The notes: a model not told the origin generated them from the letters alone. Shown: positions 24,201-34,765, numbered from the stretch's first letter. The stretch is 64,000 bases of DNA from Balanoglossus misakiensis (GCA_040954595.2 CM082577.2:15631903-15695902); one strand, 5' to 3'. Made by a program: numbers and translations.

Positions 24201-26509
24201 AACATTGTTATTTTCAGTAAAAAATGCATCAGATGATCTCGGCGTATTGCTTGGTAATTATCAGACACCTATAAATGAAAGCATCGTCTCTGGGTTGTAC
24301 GTGGAAAGTGAAGCAGTCACCCACTATACATTGACAGTTACGGTAAATCTCACACATTATATGAAACTAACCGACTATTGTATGTTAGCCAACTATACTC
24401 TTTGAAAGTACCATCAAACCACCCATCTTGGTGTGATGGTCAACCGCTGGTAAAGCCTAATGTAAATATGCACTCAAGTCATAACCATACGGATATACGG
24501 ATGTATTTCTCAGCATGCAACATGCCTCAGTCATCAAGATCCTAGGTCTGATGCCCAATGACACAACATGTGAATGAAACTCGCAAAAAAACGACGCACT
24601 AAATCAAAAAGTTTATTCGTACCATTTGTGGAATTCATTTTGCACTGGTTTCTCATCGTTGTAGGCACTAGCGAGATACTATGCAATGCAAATCACCATG
24701 GAAGCACCAGGGCCTATCTTTGAAACTACTACAGCATACGTGTCGCTTGAAAGACCTGGCGCCGTCGGTGGCAACAATGGTTTCCATTATGTAACTGACT
24801 TGGTATTTGCAGGGTGTACAACATCCATATTTCTACCAGAGGCAAAGATCACCAAGAAGGGCTTGTATTACATATTCTTTGACCTTAACAGTGGTAAGAT
24901 TGTGGTCTATTTTCATGATTAATACATTTATTGTAAAAAGATCGTTGATTTAAGCAATAACCCCCGCCGCAGGCGGGTATACGCGAGATTTGGGTACAAT
25001 TTGAGACATATAGCACGAGCCGTCAGGCGAGTGCTATATGGAGCGAATTGTACCCAAATCGAGTGTATGCCCGACTGAGGCGGGGGTTATTGCTATTATA
25101 TTATATCAACAATTGTTTTTGTGGCATATCAGTTTCATTCTTAACGAAACGGCGTCAGAAAGAGAAATTACGATCGTGAACCAACATGGCGACGATGAAT
25201 GTAAACACGAGCAGCCAGGATCGAGCATTAAACATGAAGCAGACGACAAAAAGTGACAAGACGGGCACCGCGCGTGGCAAATTGACAAATATTTTCACAG
25301 AGCAGTTCCAAAATAAAACGTTCGTTAATTCAACAGTATTTTTGTTTTATTTATTTGGTTTATACACGCGCGACTGTGGTTTAACCGCACATTTTTGCTG
25401 CTGTATGCTAAATCAGGGGCCCGTTTTAGCAGTACATTATTGAGTATTTTAGCATCGCTGGATTGAGCTCTCGCCCAATCAGAATTGCGGACGGTAGCAT
25501 GATATAATATAATAAAAGATATGGTTGTGTTCCTTTTTCATTTTTCTTTGTTTTTATGCTACTGTTAATTTCCAAAAACGACATGCATATGTAGAAAGTT
25601 GTGCTACGATCTTGCGGTTTTTATAGAGCTGCCATTTTTTAAAATATTATTGTCGTGATTTTACTATCCAACTTAGATTGGTCCATCTAAAATGCTTACT
25701 GATAGTCTATGCAAATATGCTTACTAACAGTTATACAATTACATCGTGTCGATGCCCGATTGCGATTGTATGTTGCAATTTGAACAAGTGATACGTTAAA
25801 CGGGCGTTGAACCCCGTTAATTGGCCTCAATACAAAAGTGTACACAAACTACGTGGTATGTGTTCTGTATTCCTTTTGTCTTTGGCAATATAAGACAAAA
25901 GTTTATGAATTTCATTTTCTTGCTGCACAATACATTAAAGACACTCCACTTGATTTTATATGGAATAGGTTGATGTAACGAAGTTCCATAATTCTTTTTT
26001 TCCTACAGCCCACGGGGTTGACATCAAGGTTCTCACTACTCAACACAGATGCAGCTACTTTGATGAGACTAACTGGCAAAATGATGGTTGTAAGGTATAC
26101 ATATAATTTCTTCTAATATTGCAAAAGTTGAAATGCTCCATGTACCTGCAAGAGACGAAACTAAAGAGAAGTGGCAATTAATGTGATGTTAGGGGATACT
26201 GTGGATAAATGTGCAACTAAAGCTACAAATGCAGAAGGTACTGCACCTAACGATTAATGACACGTGGAAATACTGTAAAGAAAATATGTTCTGATGCACG
26301 TGGGGCGTATCTCCTATTTAGCTAACACTGAGACGTAACCCAAGTGTTTGTTCCTGTTTTAATTGCAAAAAAAAAAACGCCCACTGATGTGTCAATACGT
26401 ATTTTTTCTGCTTGTTATCTTGCAGGTGTCACCAAAATCCGACTTCAATTCTACCCTTTGTCTGTGTAATCACCTGACTGTTTTCATGGCAATGGTGGGA
26501 GTTGTTTAA
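9001..26509 (+). CDS. Spliced host gene: C-type lectin + GAIN/GPS protein (PKD1L/REJ-like); ~490 aa visible, 5' exon not found
   Basis: Exons 9001-9274, 9812-9879, 10705-10775, 12281-12371, 23168-23502, 23710-23818, 24218-24342, 24665-24893, 26009-26094 and 26426-26509 have AG/GT borders, consistent phases and no internal stops; CTL motifs WID..C..W...C...C; GPS CSYFDETNWQNDGC..CLCNHLTVF. Confidence 0.85.
9812..9879 (+). CDS. Host exon: C-type lectin domain part 2
   Basis: tatacag| CQSCEWFTEDCNKPLGLLCEDN |gtaagt; phase matches the previous exon. Confidence 0.8.
10705..10775 (+). CDS. Host exon: linker
   Basis: cattcag| DDFLLLRERLVKISADDFRTADV |gtaaga. Confidence 0.7.
10851..10975. repeat. 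Nested inverted repeats with TGACGTCA-like cores
   Basis: cgacagatttcatattac..tgacgtcac / gtgacgtc..gtaatatgaaatctgtcg / gatttcatattaccatagtacgacgtcactgcca. Confidence 0.75.
12281..12371 (+). CDS. Host exon: helical region before GAIN
   Basis: ttttgccag| GLSVIDKLDTLTSDLSKESITFDGRILFAK |gtattg. Confidence 0.65.
12491..13656 (+). mobile_element. Helentron-associated (HINE-like) element inserted in the Gypsy 3' LTR
   Basis: Subterminal IR agctctgctg..cagcagagct, (gtcc)n microsatellite, six ~146-bp internal tandem units, 3' hairpin tgaccgatagatca; its flanks rejoin into the LTR sequence ggtccggttattttcctcaac seen near 20500. Confidence 0.75.
13655..13905 (-). repeat. Gypsy 3' LTR, main part (remainder about 12451-12490)
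   Basis: Near-identical to 20508-20742 plus 21903-21915. Confidence 0.85.
14136..19260 (-). pseudogene. Gypsy pol remnants (protease, RT, RNase H, integrase)
   Basis: FDTGATDSII (~19190); CVDYRKLN..LDLQSGYWQ..PFGLCN..YLD|DIIV; RTDHAALTWL..HLNADALSR; GGHLGVDKT; DYFTKW..HSDRGRNF..HPQSDGMTER. Confidence 0.9.
16935..17920 (+). mobile_element. 5'-truncated L2/CR1-group LINE inside the Gypsy RT
   Basis: YADDTQ..LNDDKTEVI..VKNLGV..LVHAFVTSHLDYCNSLL..LQNAAARLV..HITPILKDLHWLPV; short 3' UTR and (AAT)n tail. Confidence 0.9.
19330..20181 (-). pseudogene. Gypsy gag remnant
   Basis: Frameshifted ORFs; RTCQAGE..LAQDIREFVSLGYP; degenerate knuckle CWRCGQMGQLRRVCP at about 19420-19470. Confidence 0.7.
20421..20465 (-). 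promoter_or_regulatory. Primer-binding site, tRNA-Leu, unusually long
   Basis: + strand ctagtcatttgtatggcgtgggttcgaatcccacagctgccacca resembles the tRNA-Leu variable arm, T arm, acceptor strand and CCA; 2 nt from the LTR end (tgt at 20468). Confidence 0.85.
20468..20742 (-). repeat. Gypsy 5' LTR (interrupted by a MITE at 20743)
   Basis: Matches the left LTR; removing the MITE restores gtagtaacatacgtc, compared with gtagtaacatgcgtc on the left. Confidence 0.85.
20743..21899. mobile_element. PIF/Harbinger-like MITE
   Basis: TIR ggccaaaaaaaaaagttttgtttagcgtcc / ggacgctaaacaaaactc(t)ngtcc; 3-bp TSD taa/gaa; relatives at 3326-3835 and about 49570-50250. Confidence 0.75.
22339..23059 (+). mobile_element. 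Second HINE-like copy (three internal units)
   Basis: Same termini and body as 12491-13656, with fewer 146-bp units. Confidence 0.75.
23168..23502 (+). CDS. Host exon: GAIN region
   Basis: tttccag| ETLNVVQKVIDRMQ...GPIIVKTSSLVLHLEK...GSGFNIPP...NRM |gtttgt. Confidence 0.8.
23710..23818 (+). CDS. Host exon: GAIN region
   Basis: gttttgcag| IFRFGGNPHRLANRTNGFTTDILSLEFRDEDGNEIK |gtgtgt (NP..SL..D.DG.EI pattern typical of PKD1L GAIN). Confidence 0.8.
24218..24342 (+). CDS. Host exon: GAIN region
   Basis: ttttcag| VKNASDDLGVLLGN...THYTLTVT |gtaaat. Confidence 0.75.
24665..24893 (+). CDS. Host exon: GAIN region
   Basis: gttgtag| ALARYYAMQITMEAP...KGLYYIFFDLNS |gtaaga. Confidence 0.75.
24950..25515 (-). 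mobile_element. Non-autonomous Crypton-like element in a host intron
   Basis: ~145-bp hairpin (taagcaataaccccc..gcacgagccgtcaggcgagtgc..gggggttattgcta) at one end and ccaatcagaa..tataatataata at the other. Confidence 0.55.
26009..26094 (+). CDS. Host exon: GPS motif part 1
   Basis: tcctacag| HGVDIKVLTTQHRCSYFDETNWQNDGCK |gtatac. Confidence 0.85.
26426..26509 (+). CDS. Host last exon: GPS cleavage site, then stop
   Basis: ttgcag| VSPKSDFNSTLCLCNHL/TVFMAMVGVV*. Confidence 0.8.
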   Translation: MSPKSDFNSTLCLCNHLTVFMAMVGVV

Positions 26510-28951
26510 TCCGACAGGCCATACCACGTTTACCACAGGGATGTCCGTTTGGTCAACAGAAGTGACAAAATAAGCTTACGAGACGAGTTCCAAACAAATG
26601 ATGTACCATTCAACATGTTTTCATGTTACTTTTAAATTTCTTTTAGACTTTATGAAGCAAGAAGTGTTCATATAGCCGTTTCGGCAATCGATTTTTGTTG
26701 ATAATGATTAATTGTGAAAAGAATTAACATACACTTTGCTAGAGGTGCAAGAAATGTTTTGATGAGAATTTGATATGTCATTAAACAGAATTGCATTTTG
26801 TTAGGTTGTGTGTGATTGTTCTGCGATTGATTTTGTACATATATTGCGATGTAATTTATACATTTCTTTGTAAACTGTGTGGATAGATATATACAATTAT
26901 ACATGGATCAATATTTCTGTTTTGTTATGACCAGTATTTTCATAATTGTATTGACCCGTAATTTACTAGTCATTAGTTTGTGGAGTTATATTATTCTGTA
27001 ATTGAAATAGCTTTATGTGTTGCCTTGTACTGCTCTGGTTTATTCTGGTTGCCTTTAAAGCGTACCATTACTGTGCACTATGTATGAATGGCTCCTTTGT
27101 ATCCACGAATCAAACGACAGTAAGTTGATGAAGTCCTACAATGCCTCATCCGACATTTTCCCCGTTTTTTAGAAAACAAAAACACACAACAACAATCGTG
27201 TCAGTTATACATAATTAATTTCTGAAACACTTGACTCATTTCTAACACGTATGCAAAAATAAACAGGACTGAACTTTCCCTTATAGATTAAACACAATAA
27301 TGATCATCAACACAGAATTCTTATAAAATAATTCGTAAATTTATGTTGAAGGTATATGGTCAGCTATGCAAATGTAGCTAGAGTTACCACGAGATCTATC
27401 TATCACAAATTTTCAGAGCGCCACCATATGTTCTCAAATACACCTATTCAGCCATATGTGGGCGTATGTAAATTGGAGGTGACCGTATACCCACCACATA
27501 AATGGCTAGGAACAATACTAGGCAATAAAACGTTTCATCTTCTCTCGTTATCATGGTTGTAGTTCCTGACCAAAGATTCTCTTCTGTTGTCTGACAAGGC
27601 AAGGAGAACCACCGTGCATTTATTAGCATGCAGTTACTCCAGAGGTCGACAAAAAGACAAGAAGAGTCCTGAAGACTATAAGAGACACAGTAGATATCTG
27701 CCTTGTGGACACTTCTTTCGGTTACGCCTTGCGAATGTGAGAAAATGGTTTTATGGGTAAAAGGAGTATTAAAATCAGTCCAGCGTAAAAAAGCGACAGA
27801 TTTGAAGATAGTCTATGCCTGTGTAAGTTTGGCTTCTGTATTACCAGTGAAGTGGCCGCTGGTGGTGCGTAGGTTTCGTGGACAACTGGCCCATATAACT
27901 GTCCCCTTGAAAATTGTCATTGGATGAATCAATGCGATCAGTGTTTAAATGGTTCTATGGGCATGCATGCATTGCATGACGATACCATGGTAATACCAGA
28001 TTTTTATCTGGGTGAACTTGATATGAAATCCGGAGACGTGCAAGATATGTTTTGACTATGGGTGAGAATTCTCTTGAAGTTGGAGTTATGGGTTACTTTG
28101 ATTAACTTTCGGACTTGAACATTGGTGGCGCTATCTGTCAGAAGAGTGCCCCCTTTAGTTATTTAATACGTTTAGCCTGTTCTTTATTTAACGACTTTCA
28201 TTGAATTCGCAACGCTGCATTTGCAATATTAATGTCACAATGTCGTTAAATATGCAAATTGGTAGTTAATTAAAATGATAAAAAATCTTAGGCAGTGTCT
28301 ATGCAGGTTTTATAGGGAGTTTCATACCATTGCTGTAAACACAGTATTTCTTTTAGACTGCCAATTGCACAGATTTGTTAAACTGCCAATAAGTAGTTAA
28401 TTAACGGGACAATTAGAGACAGTCTGTGAAGCTTCAAGAGCAAATGAAGGAAACCACAGGCACTAGAATCAAGGCACACACAGACACACACACACTGATG
28501 TGTCAACTGTCTTTTGTTGTTCAAGATACCTGTACAATGAGTTATTATGAGTCATGAATCTGCTCAGAGAAAAAAATCAAGGCTAAAACAGCAGCATTGT
28601 GATGGTGGTGTAGTATATAAATGTGATATCAATGTAAATGTTTGTAAATTATAATATAATGAATATATTTTCTGTGTTGTAGTTAATAAATATGATATCA
28701 ATATAAATGTTTGTAAATTATGTTATAATAAAAAAATGTTCTGCGCAGATTGTATGTTAGTTAATCAAAACGAAATCGATGTCTGTGAGTTCGTGGATGC
28801 GTTTTACCCATTTCCTGTTTGTATGTACAAACAAATGGACGTGAATTTTTGCGCCACTCTGCTACGAAAAGGGCGATCAGGTATTGAGCGACTTCACTGA
28901 CAAAAATTGAGGAATGTCGTCAGAAAAATACACCAAAAAAGTGAACACTAT

Positions 28952-29023
28952 TAGCAGAGCATGGTTTCGATCCATGGACCTCTGGGTTATGGGCCAAGCA
29001 CACTTCCGCTGCGCCACTCTGCT
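28952..29023 (-). tRNA. tRNA-iMet(CAT) copy 1, variant
   Basis: A1:U72 and AUCG T-loop present; anticodon-stem and D-stem substitutions. Confidence 0.75.
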
Positions 29024-29110
29024 ACAATACGGGCGATCAGGTATTGAGCGGCTTCACCGACTAAAAGTGAGGAATGTCGACAGAAAAATACACAAAAAAG
29101 AGAACAATAT

Positions 29111-29182
29111 TAGTAGAGCATGGTTTCGATCCATGGACATCTGGGTTATGGGCCAAGCACACTTCCGCTGCGCCACTCTGCT
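29111..29182 (-). tRNA. tRNA-iMet(CAT) copy 2, variant
   Basis: Acceptor, variable-loop, anticodon-stem and D-stem changes. Confidence 0.7.
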
Positions 29183-29269
29183 ACGATAAGGGCGATCAGG
29201 TATTGAGCGACTTCACCAACAAAAAGTGAGGAATGTCGCCAGAAAAATCCACCAAAAAAACAACAATAT

Positions 29270-29341
29270 TAGCAGAGCATGGTTTCGATCCATGGACCTC
29301 TGGGTTATGGGCCCAGCACTCTTCCGCTGCGCCACTCTGCT
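29270..29341 (-). tRNA. tRNA-iMet(CAT) copy 3, near canonical
   Basis: Single D-stem change relative to the consensus. Confidence 0.8.
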
Positions 29342-29428
29342 ACGATAAGGACGATCAGGTATTGAGCGGCTTCACCGACTAAAAGTGAGGAATGTCGACA
29401 GAAAAATACACAAAAAAGAGAACAATAT

Positions 29429-29500
29429 TAGTAGAGCATGGTTTCGATCCATGGACATCTGGGTTATGGTCCCAGCATGGTTCCGCTGCGCCACTCTGCT
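29429..29500 (-). tRNA. tRNA-iMet(CAT) copy 4, variant
   Basis: Acceptor, variable-loop, anticodon-loop and D-stem changes. Confidence 0.7.
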
Positions 29501-29587
29501 ACAATACGGGCGATCAGGTATTGAGCGGCTTCACCGACTAAAAGTGAGGAATGTCGACAGAAAAATACACAAAAAAGAGAACAATAT

Positions 29588-29659
29588 TAGTAGAGCATGG
29601 TTTCGATCCATGGACATCTGGGTTATGGGCCCAGCAAGCTTCCGCTGCGCCACTCTGCT
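29588..29659 (-). tRNA. tRNA-iMet(CAT) copy 5, variant
   Basis: Acceptor, variable-loop and D-stem changes. Confidence 0.7.
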
Positions 29660-29746
29660 ACGATAAGGACGATCAGGTATTGAGCGGCTTCACCGACTAA
29701 AAGTGAGGAATGTCGACAGAAAAATACACAAAAAAGAGAACAATAT

Positions 29747-29818
29747 TAGTAGAGCATGGTTTCGATCCATGGACATCTGGGTTATGGGCCAAGCACACTT
29801 CCGCTGCGCCACTCTGCT
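29747..29818 (-). tRNA. tRNA-iMet(CAT) copy 6, variant
   Basis: Same allele as copy 2. Confidence 0.7.
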
Positions 29819-29905
29819 ACGATAAGGGCGATCAGGTATTGAGCGACTTCACCAACAAAAAGTGAGGAATGTAGACAGAAAAATCCACCAAAATAACAAC
29901 AATAT

Positions 29906-29977
29906 TAGCAGAGCATGGTTTCGATCCATGGACCTCTGGGTTATGGGCCCAGCACTCTTCCGCTGCGCCACTCTGCT
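29906..29977 (-). tRNA. tRNA-iMet(CAT) copy 7, near canonical
   Basis: Same allele as copy 3. Confidence 0.8.
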
Positions 29978-30064
29978 ACGATAAGGACGATAAGGTATTG
30001 AGCGGCTTCACCGACTAAAAGTGAGGAATGTCGCCAGAAAAATCCACCAAAAAAACAACAATAT

Positions 30065-30136
30065 TAGCAGAGCATGGTTTCGATCCATGGACCTCTGGGT
30101 TATGGTCCCAGCATGGTTCCGCTGCGCCACTCTGCT
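30065..30136 (-). tRNA. tRNA-iMet(CAT) copy 8, variant
   Basis: Anticodon-loop and D-stem changes. Confidence 0.7.
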
Positions 30137-30223
30137 ACAATACGGGCGATCAGGTATTGAGCGGCTTCACCGACTAAAAGTGAGGAATGTCGACAGAAAA
30201 ATACACAAAAAAGAGAACAATAT

Positions 30224-30295
30224 TAGTAGAGCATGGTTTCGATCCATGGACATCTGGGTTATGGTCCCAGCATGGTTCCGCTGCGCCACTCTGCT
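30224..30295 (-). tRNA. tRNA-iMet(CAT) copy 9, variant
   Basis: Same allele as copy 4. Confidence 0.7.
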
Positions 30296-30382
30296 ACAAT
30301 ACGGGCGATCAGGTATTGAGCGGCTTCACCGACTAAAAGTGAGGAATGTCGACAGAAAAATACACAAAAAAGAGAACAATAT

Positions 30383-30454
30383 TAGTAGAGCATGGTTTCG
30401 ATCCATGGACATCTGGGTTATGGTCCCAGCATGGTTCCGCTGCGCCACTCTGCT
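30383..30454 (-). tRNA. tRNA-iMet(CAT) copy 10, variant
   Basis: Same allele as copy 4. Confidence 0.7.
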
Positions 30455-30542
30455 ACAATACGGGCGATCAGGTATTGAGCGGCTTCACCGACTAAAAGTG
30501 AGGAATGTCGACAGAAAAATACACCAAAAAAGTGAACAATAT

Positions 30543-30614
30543 TAGCAGAGCATGGTTTCGATCCATGGACCTCTAGGTTATGGGCCCAGCAAGCTTCCGC
30601 TGCGCCACTCTGCT
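30543..30614 (-). tRNA. tRNA-iMet(CAT) copy 11, variant
   Basis: G-U in the anticodon stem plus a D-stem change. Confidence 0.75.
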
Positions 30615-30702
30615 ACGATAAGGACGATCAGGTATTGAGCGGCTTCACCGACTAAAAGTGAGGAATGTAGACAGAAAAATACACCAAAAAAGTGAACAAT
30701 AT

Positions 30703-30774
30703 TAGCAGAGCATGGTTTCGATCCATGGACCTCTAGGTTATGGGCCCAGCACGCTTCCGCTGCGCCACTCTGCT
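30703..30774 (-). tRNA. tRNA-iMet(CAT) copy 12, near canonical
   Basis: Only change is a G-U wobble in the anticodon stem. Confidence 0.8.
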
Positions 30775-30862
30775 ACGATAAGGACGATCAGGTATTGAGC
30801 GGCTTCACCGACTAAAAGTGAGGAATGTAGACAGAAAAATACACCAAAAAAGTGAACAATAT

Positions 30863-30934
30863 TAGCAGAGCATGGTTTCGATCCATGGACCACTGGGTTA
30901 TGGTCCCAGCATGGTTCCGCTGCGCCACTCTGCT
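30863..30934 (-). tRNA. tRNA-iMet(CAT) copy 13, variant
   Basis: Variable-loop, anticodon-loop and D-stem changes. Confidence 0.7.
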
Positions 30935-31901
30935 ACGATAAGGGCGATCAGGTATTGAGCGAGTTCACCGACAAAAAGTGAGGAATGTCAACAGAAAAAT
31001 GCACCAAAATTAAAAAATATCAGCAGAGCATGGAATGGTGTCCAGCCAACTCAGCCCGAGAAATTGCAGGTGATCGATGCATGGTTGGTCGTTGCCTGAT
31101 CATCGCAACAGATTGTAACTCAGACAAAAGCTATGACACTGCCAATTTACCTGCCACACAATAACAATGCCCGAAAACAAAATATATATACTATGACACA
31201 AAAGAAGCAAAACGTTCGCGTCAGAGATAGAAAATAAGGATTGTTGAATTCATTTAAATTTAGTTAAATATTGATAAAAACAATTTAACTATCTCATAAT
31301 ATCACTTCAGACCTCTGGAAGAATGTATATTCGGGAGAAAAGAAACACAAAGTATCAGGTATACTGAAATTGCCTTATAAATTTAAACGTGAAGTCATAC
31401 AATGAGCCTCTGGCATGCAGCTCTTAAAATTCCTCAAGTGGCCATGTTAGTTTTGAAAAGTGACACAAATCTTTGTAAAAACCTCTCAAAAACCGTTTCA
31501 AACTTCGGAGTGGTTGGATGTACATGTACATGTATATGATATGTGCGACGGCTTTTGCATGTGAATTCTCTCAGATTAACCATGTCAGTATAGGCTTATC
31601 TTACTTTATTGTTCATATCATACGCATATTTAATTCCGGGCTAACCAATAAGACGCGTTTTGGTCCAGTCTGTGCTCAAAAAATAACCCAACTTCTGGAT
31701 GACCTTTGACCGACTTTCGCATATGTCATCAGTATATACGGTATACATGTATGTGTTCCTTGTATCATACACAGAACGAAAGCAGGATTTTACGGAGTGA
31801 CAGTTAAATGAAACAATCCGTAAGCTAATTTTACATTCTGTCGTGGCGTCTGTGATTTATAACATTTTCGTACAAGAGTATCCTGAGGCCAATTTACCGG
31901 A

Positions 31902-32201
31902 TTAAGAGAAGACATCAGATAATTCAACCAGAAAAGAAGCATACGTATCATATTTTGTTTTCAGTTTTGCACAGTTCACACCTACGTCAAATTTGTCAGA
32001 AGCATAGCGCTCAACAACTTCACATTGTGTTGCTGGATTCAAATGGGACACAAAAAGTGTCCATACACGCTGCGGTCTTGCGCCTTGAAGGCAAGCTGTA
32101 GTACTCGGCTCAGTTCCAATCACAGGCTGGGTTCTCTTCCGTTTTCGTCGCTGAACCAGAACGAAGTCGTCGTTGTCAGATGTGGAGACTTGCGAGTTCA
32201 C
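31902..32201 (-). pseudogene. CR1/L2-group LINE ORF1 C-terminal fragment
   Basis: DDFVLVQRRKRKR..VIGT..LFVSHLNP..CAKLKTKYDTYASFLV resembles the C-terminus of CR1-group ORF1. Confidence 0.6.
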
Positions 32202-32299
32202 ACGTACGGAGACGTTTTCCTAGCTACTGTTAAATTGCATTATAAATTTAAACAACATATCATACACTACGCCTCTTGCAATCTGTTGTTATACTGCAA

Positions 32300-32930
32300 A
32301 TTGCAATTTATTAATTTAGACACCGTACATGTATCAACCCATCTACGTGGACACACCTTAGACCTAGTTATCACAAATTCTGATAAAGTTGTTGATTCCA
32401 TTTTTGTTGATGCCCACAATATCTCTGATCATAGTCCAGTCCATGCGAAATTGGTGTTTCCAAAGCCACCCATTACCAAACGTGAAGTGACATAACGCCA
32501 GATATCAGCAATCTCTACAAGTGATTTTAGAGATGATATAGCCTCAATCCCTGAATTATGTCAACCGCCATCTAGCGTACAGTCTGCCATTTCAACATAT
32601 AATACCAACCTGTCTGATTTGCTGAATAAGCGCGCACCTCTAAGGAAACGCATCATCGTTGATCGTCCAAATGCAAAGTGGTATACCGGTGAGATAGATC
32701 AGGCAAAGATACAGCGTAGATCTGCAGAACGGAAATGGAGGAATACAAGACTAGAAAATTTTATACACTACCAAATTTACAAAGAAAATTTTTGTCAAGT
32801 CAACAGCCTGATACGTAAGACCAAGTGCAACTACTACACCAATCTTATAGAGGAAAAGGCCAAAGATCAGAAATATTTATTCCGGAAAATTCAGAAATAT
32901 TTATTCCGGACAATTTCAACATTGTTCAGC
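32300..32930 (+). pseudogene. L2/CR1 ORF2 fragment (endonuclease end and linker)
   Basis: THLRGHTLDLVIT..ISDHSPV; APLRKRIIVDRPNAKWYT..RRSAERKWR; stop at 32493. Confidence 0.8.
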
Positions 32931-33429
32931 ATCTTTTTCTTCAATGGTGAGATCTGACAACATTGAAAATACAGTGTCATAGCTCCCCCAGGAATAACAT
33001 GGCCTATGATATCTACAACAGACTCACTCTTACTTAATGAATAAACAACTGACTGAACCAGTTGCAGAAAGTCACTAATGTAGTTCAAATTTCTGCTACT
33101 ATATACACATTCAGTAGCAACAAGTTTTCTTACTTTGCTTTTCAAAGACGATGACTGTGTGCTTTCATTTTTTTTGCACAAAACCCATCCAGTGCAGCCA
33201 TTAAAACAGGGTTTCGGTTGTCAAAAATGTCACTGATGTTTTGTGACAAAAGGCCCTGTGGTGTTCGTGTTGCTACATCCGTGTGCAATTCGAATATATC
33301 GGTGATCTGTTTATGTGATAATCATTAGCTAAGGTGGTAAACTGTTGCGATTCATATGTGTAATTTACGTACTGCAAGTTAAATATCGCAATTAGCCTAA
33401 TGTTTGACCATAGACAGTATGGTTTGATT

Positions 33430-34334
33430 TCTAAAGGAGCACCTATTAATCCGAGAACAAAGGGATTAATAGTTGCGCCTTTAAATTGTGTTTTAATAAC
33501 TTACTTACCCCTATAAGTAGTTTAGTAACCATAATATCTTTGAAAATCATTCTTTCCACAGTTCCTTGTATCAAAATATAGAAATCTAAATTTATTTTGG
33601 TGTTCACAGATGTTATTTGGTGGGTGAAATTATCAGTATTGGTGGTCATTTTGAAAAATTGGTTGCCATGGAAACTCATCAACAGATATTTAGTGACTCA
33701 CTATCTGAATTTGTTTAGTACACATTAACACACATCTGAGCCAAGTTTGGTGCTTTTTTCACAAAATGCACAATCGCTATGAAAATTAGGGTTTGGCCGC
33801 TCCACTACACTGGGTTAGACGGCCATATTGAATTGTCATATCGAGGCTCTTATCTCAAAATGAACTTCACACTTGAAGTATTGTTTTTAACAAGGTTTAA
33901 GTCCTTTATTAAAATAAAGAAAAGGTAATTTTTTCCAATGGTTGTGAGTTTTCAGTACATGTACTGTTACACCTAGCTTTATTTTTATTTGGTAGCCAAA
34001 AATCAACGAATTATTCATACAATATGCAAATTTTTGCATAATTATTGTTTTATTGTTGGTATTTTGTGTTTATACAACCAAAAAAGCTGTTTATGTAAAC
34101 ATGTAGTTTATTTTCATTGTTTAAGGAACATTTCTTTGATGCTATTCATGTGAGAATTGCGATCCTTGGCGGCCATATTTGATTTGCCAAAACGAGGCTC
34201 TTATCTCAAAAAGATCTTTTGGGAACAGGCATTTTCGAAATCAGCGTAGTCGAATTGACCAAAAAACATATTTGGTTTGCTTGTACCAAAAAATGCCAGA
34301 GGGGGTCACAAATTCTCATATCTCCACCTGACTA
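33430..34334. mobile_element. Non-autonomous DNA transposon ends (possibly Academ-type, ending ..CTA)
   Basis: Two putative termini, ggccgctccacta (33807) and ctccacctgacta (34334); repeated cggccatatt..cgaggctcttatctcaaaa at about 33820 and 34170; the second terminus truncates the DIRS ORF. Confidence 0.35.
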
Positions 34335-34765
34335 CATTATCACCTGATTTAATATAGGATAATTTCAGAGAAATATCTAACTTCGTAACAGTTTCAAACA
34401 ACTGCTTGGTGGCGCTATTCAGATCTGGGTTCCTACTACCCATACCTTCCCAGCAACCTATAAGCACCTTGTTGTCTACAAAGGCATTAACCCTCCGTCC
34501 TCTCACTTTCCCCTCAAGCGCCTGTAGCACACGGATTAAAGCCCGTATTTCTTTATAAGCTATAGGCATCCCGACATATCTATGTGGCCAGTAATCACCC
34601 ATCGTTGTTATTTCCCCATCTGCTTGTACGGATCCTCCCCATCCTGACATTGACGCATCAGTGGTTATTGAAATACATGTGTGCTTTTCCTGTAACCAGG
34701 GTGACTAATCCTTCCCTACATCGACACATTCCCAGAACCTAATCTCATTTGCCAGCAACTGGGTT
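34335..34765 (-). pseudogene. DIRS/Ngaro-type RT-RNase H fragment
   Basis: EIRFW..PWLQEKH..TTDASMSGWGG..IAYKEIRAL..FVDNKVL..SYIKSGDN. Confidence 0.75.

Larger units (their letters stand above)
28851..31033 (-). repeat. Tandem array, 159-160-bp unit; each unit is a tRNA-iMet(CAT) gene plus spacer; 13 full and 2 partial copies
   Basis: Consensus reverse complement AGCAGAGTGGCGCAGCGGAAGCGTGCTGGGCCCATAACCCAGAGGTCCATGGATCGAAACCATGCTCTGCTA; an oligo-T terminator follows each copy. Confidence 0.95.

Noticed and set aside
28914-30545. Repetitive + strand ORFs (..SRAWFRSMD..)
   Set aside because: Antisense translations of the tRNA array; 159 bp is divisible by 3
28851-31033. CRISPR-like repeat-spacer appearance
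   Set aside because: Spacers are near-identical, the repeats are tRNA genes, there are no cas genes and the DNA is eukaryotic
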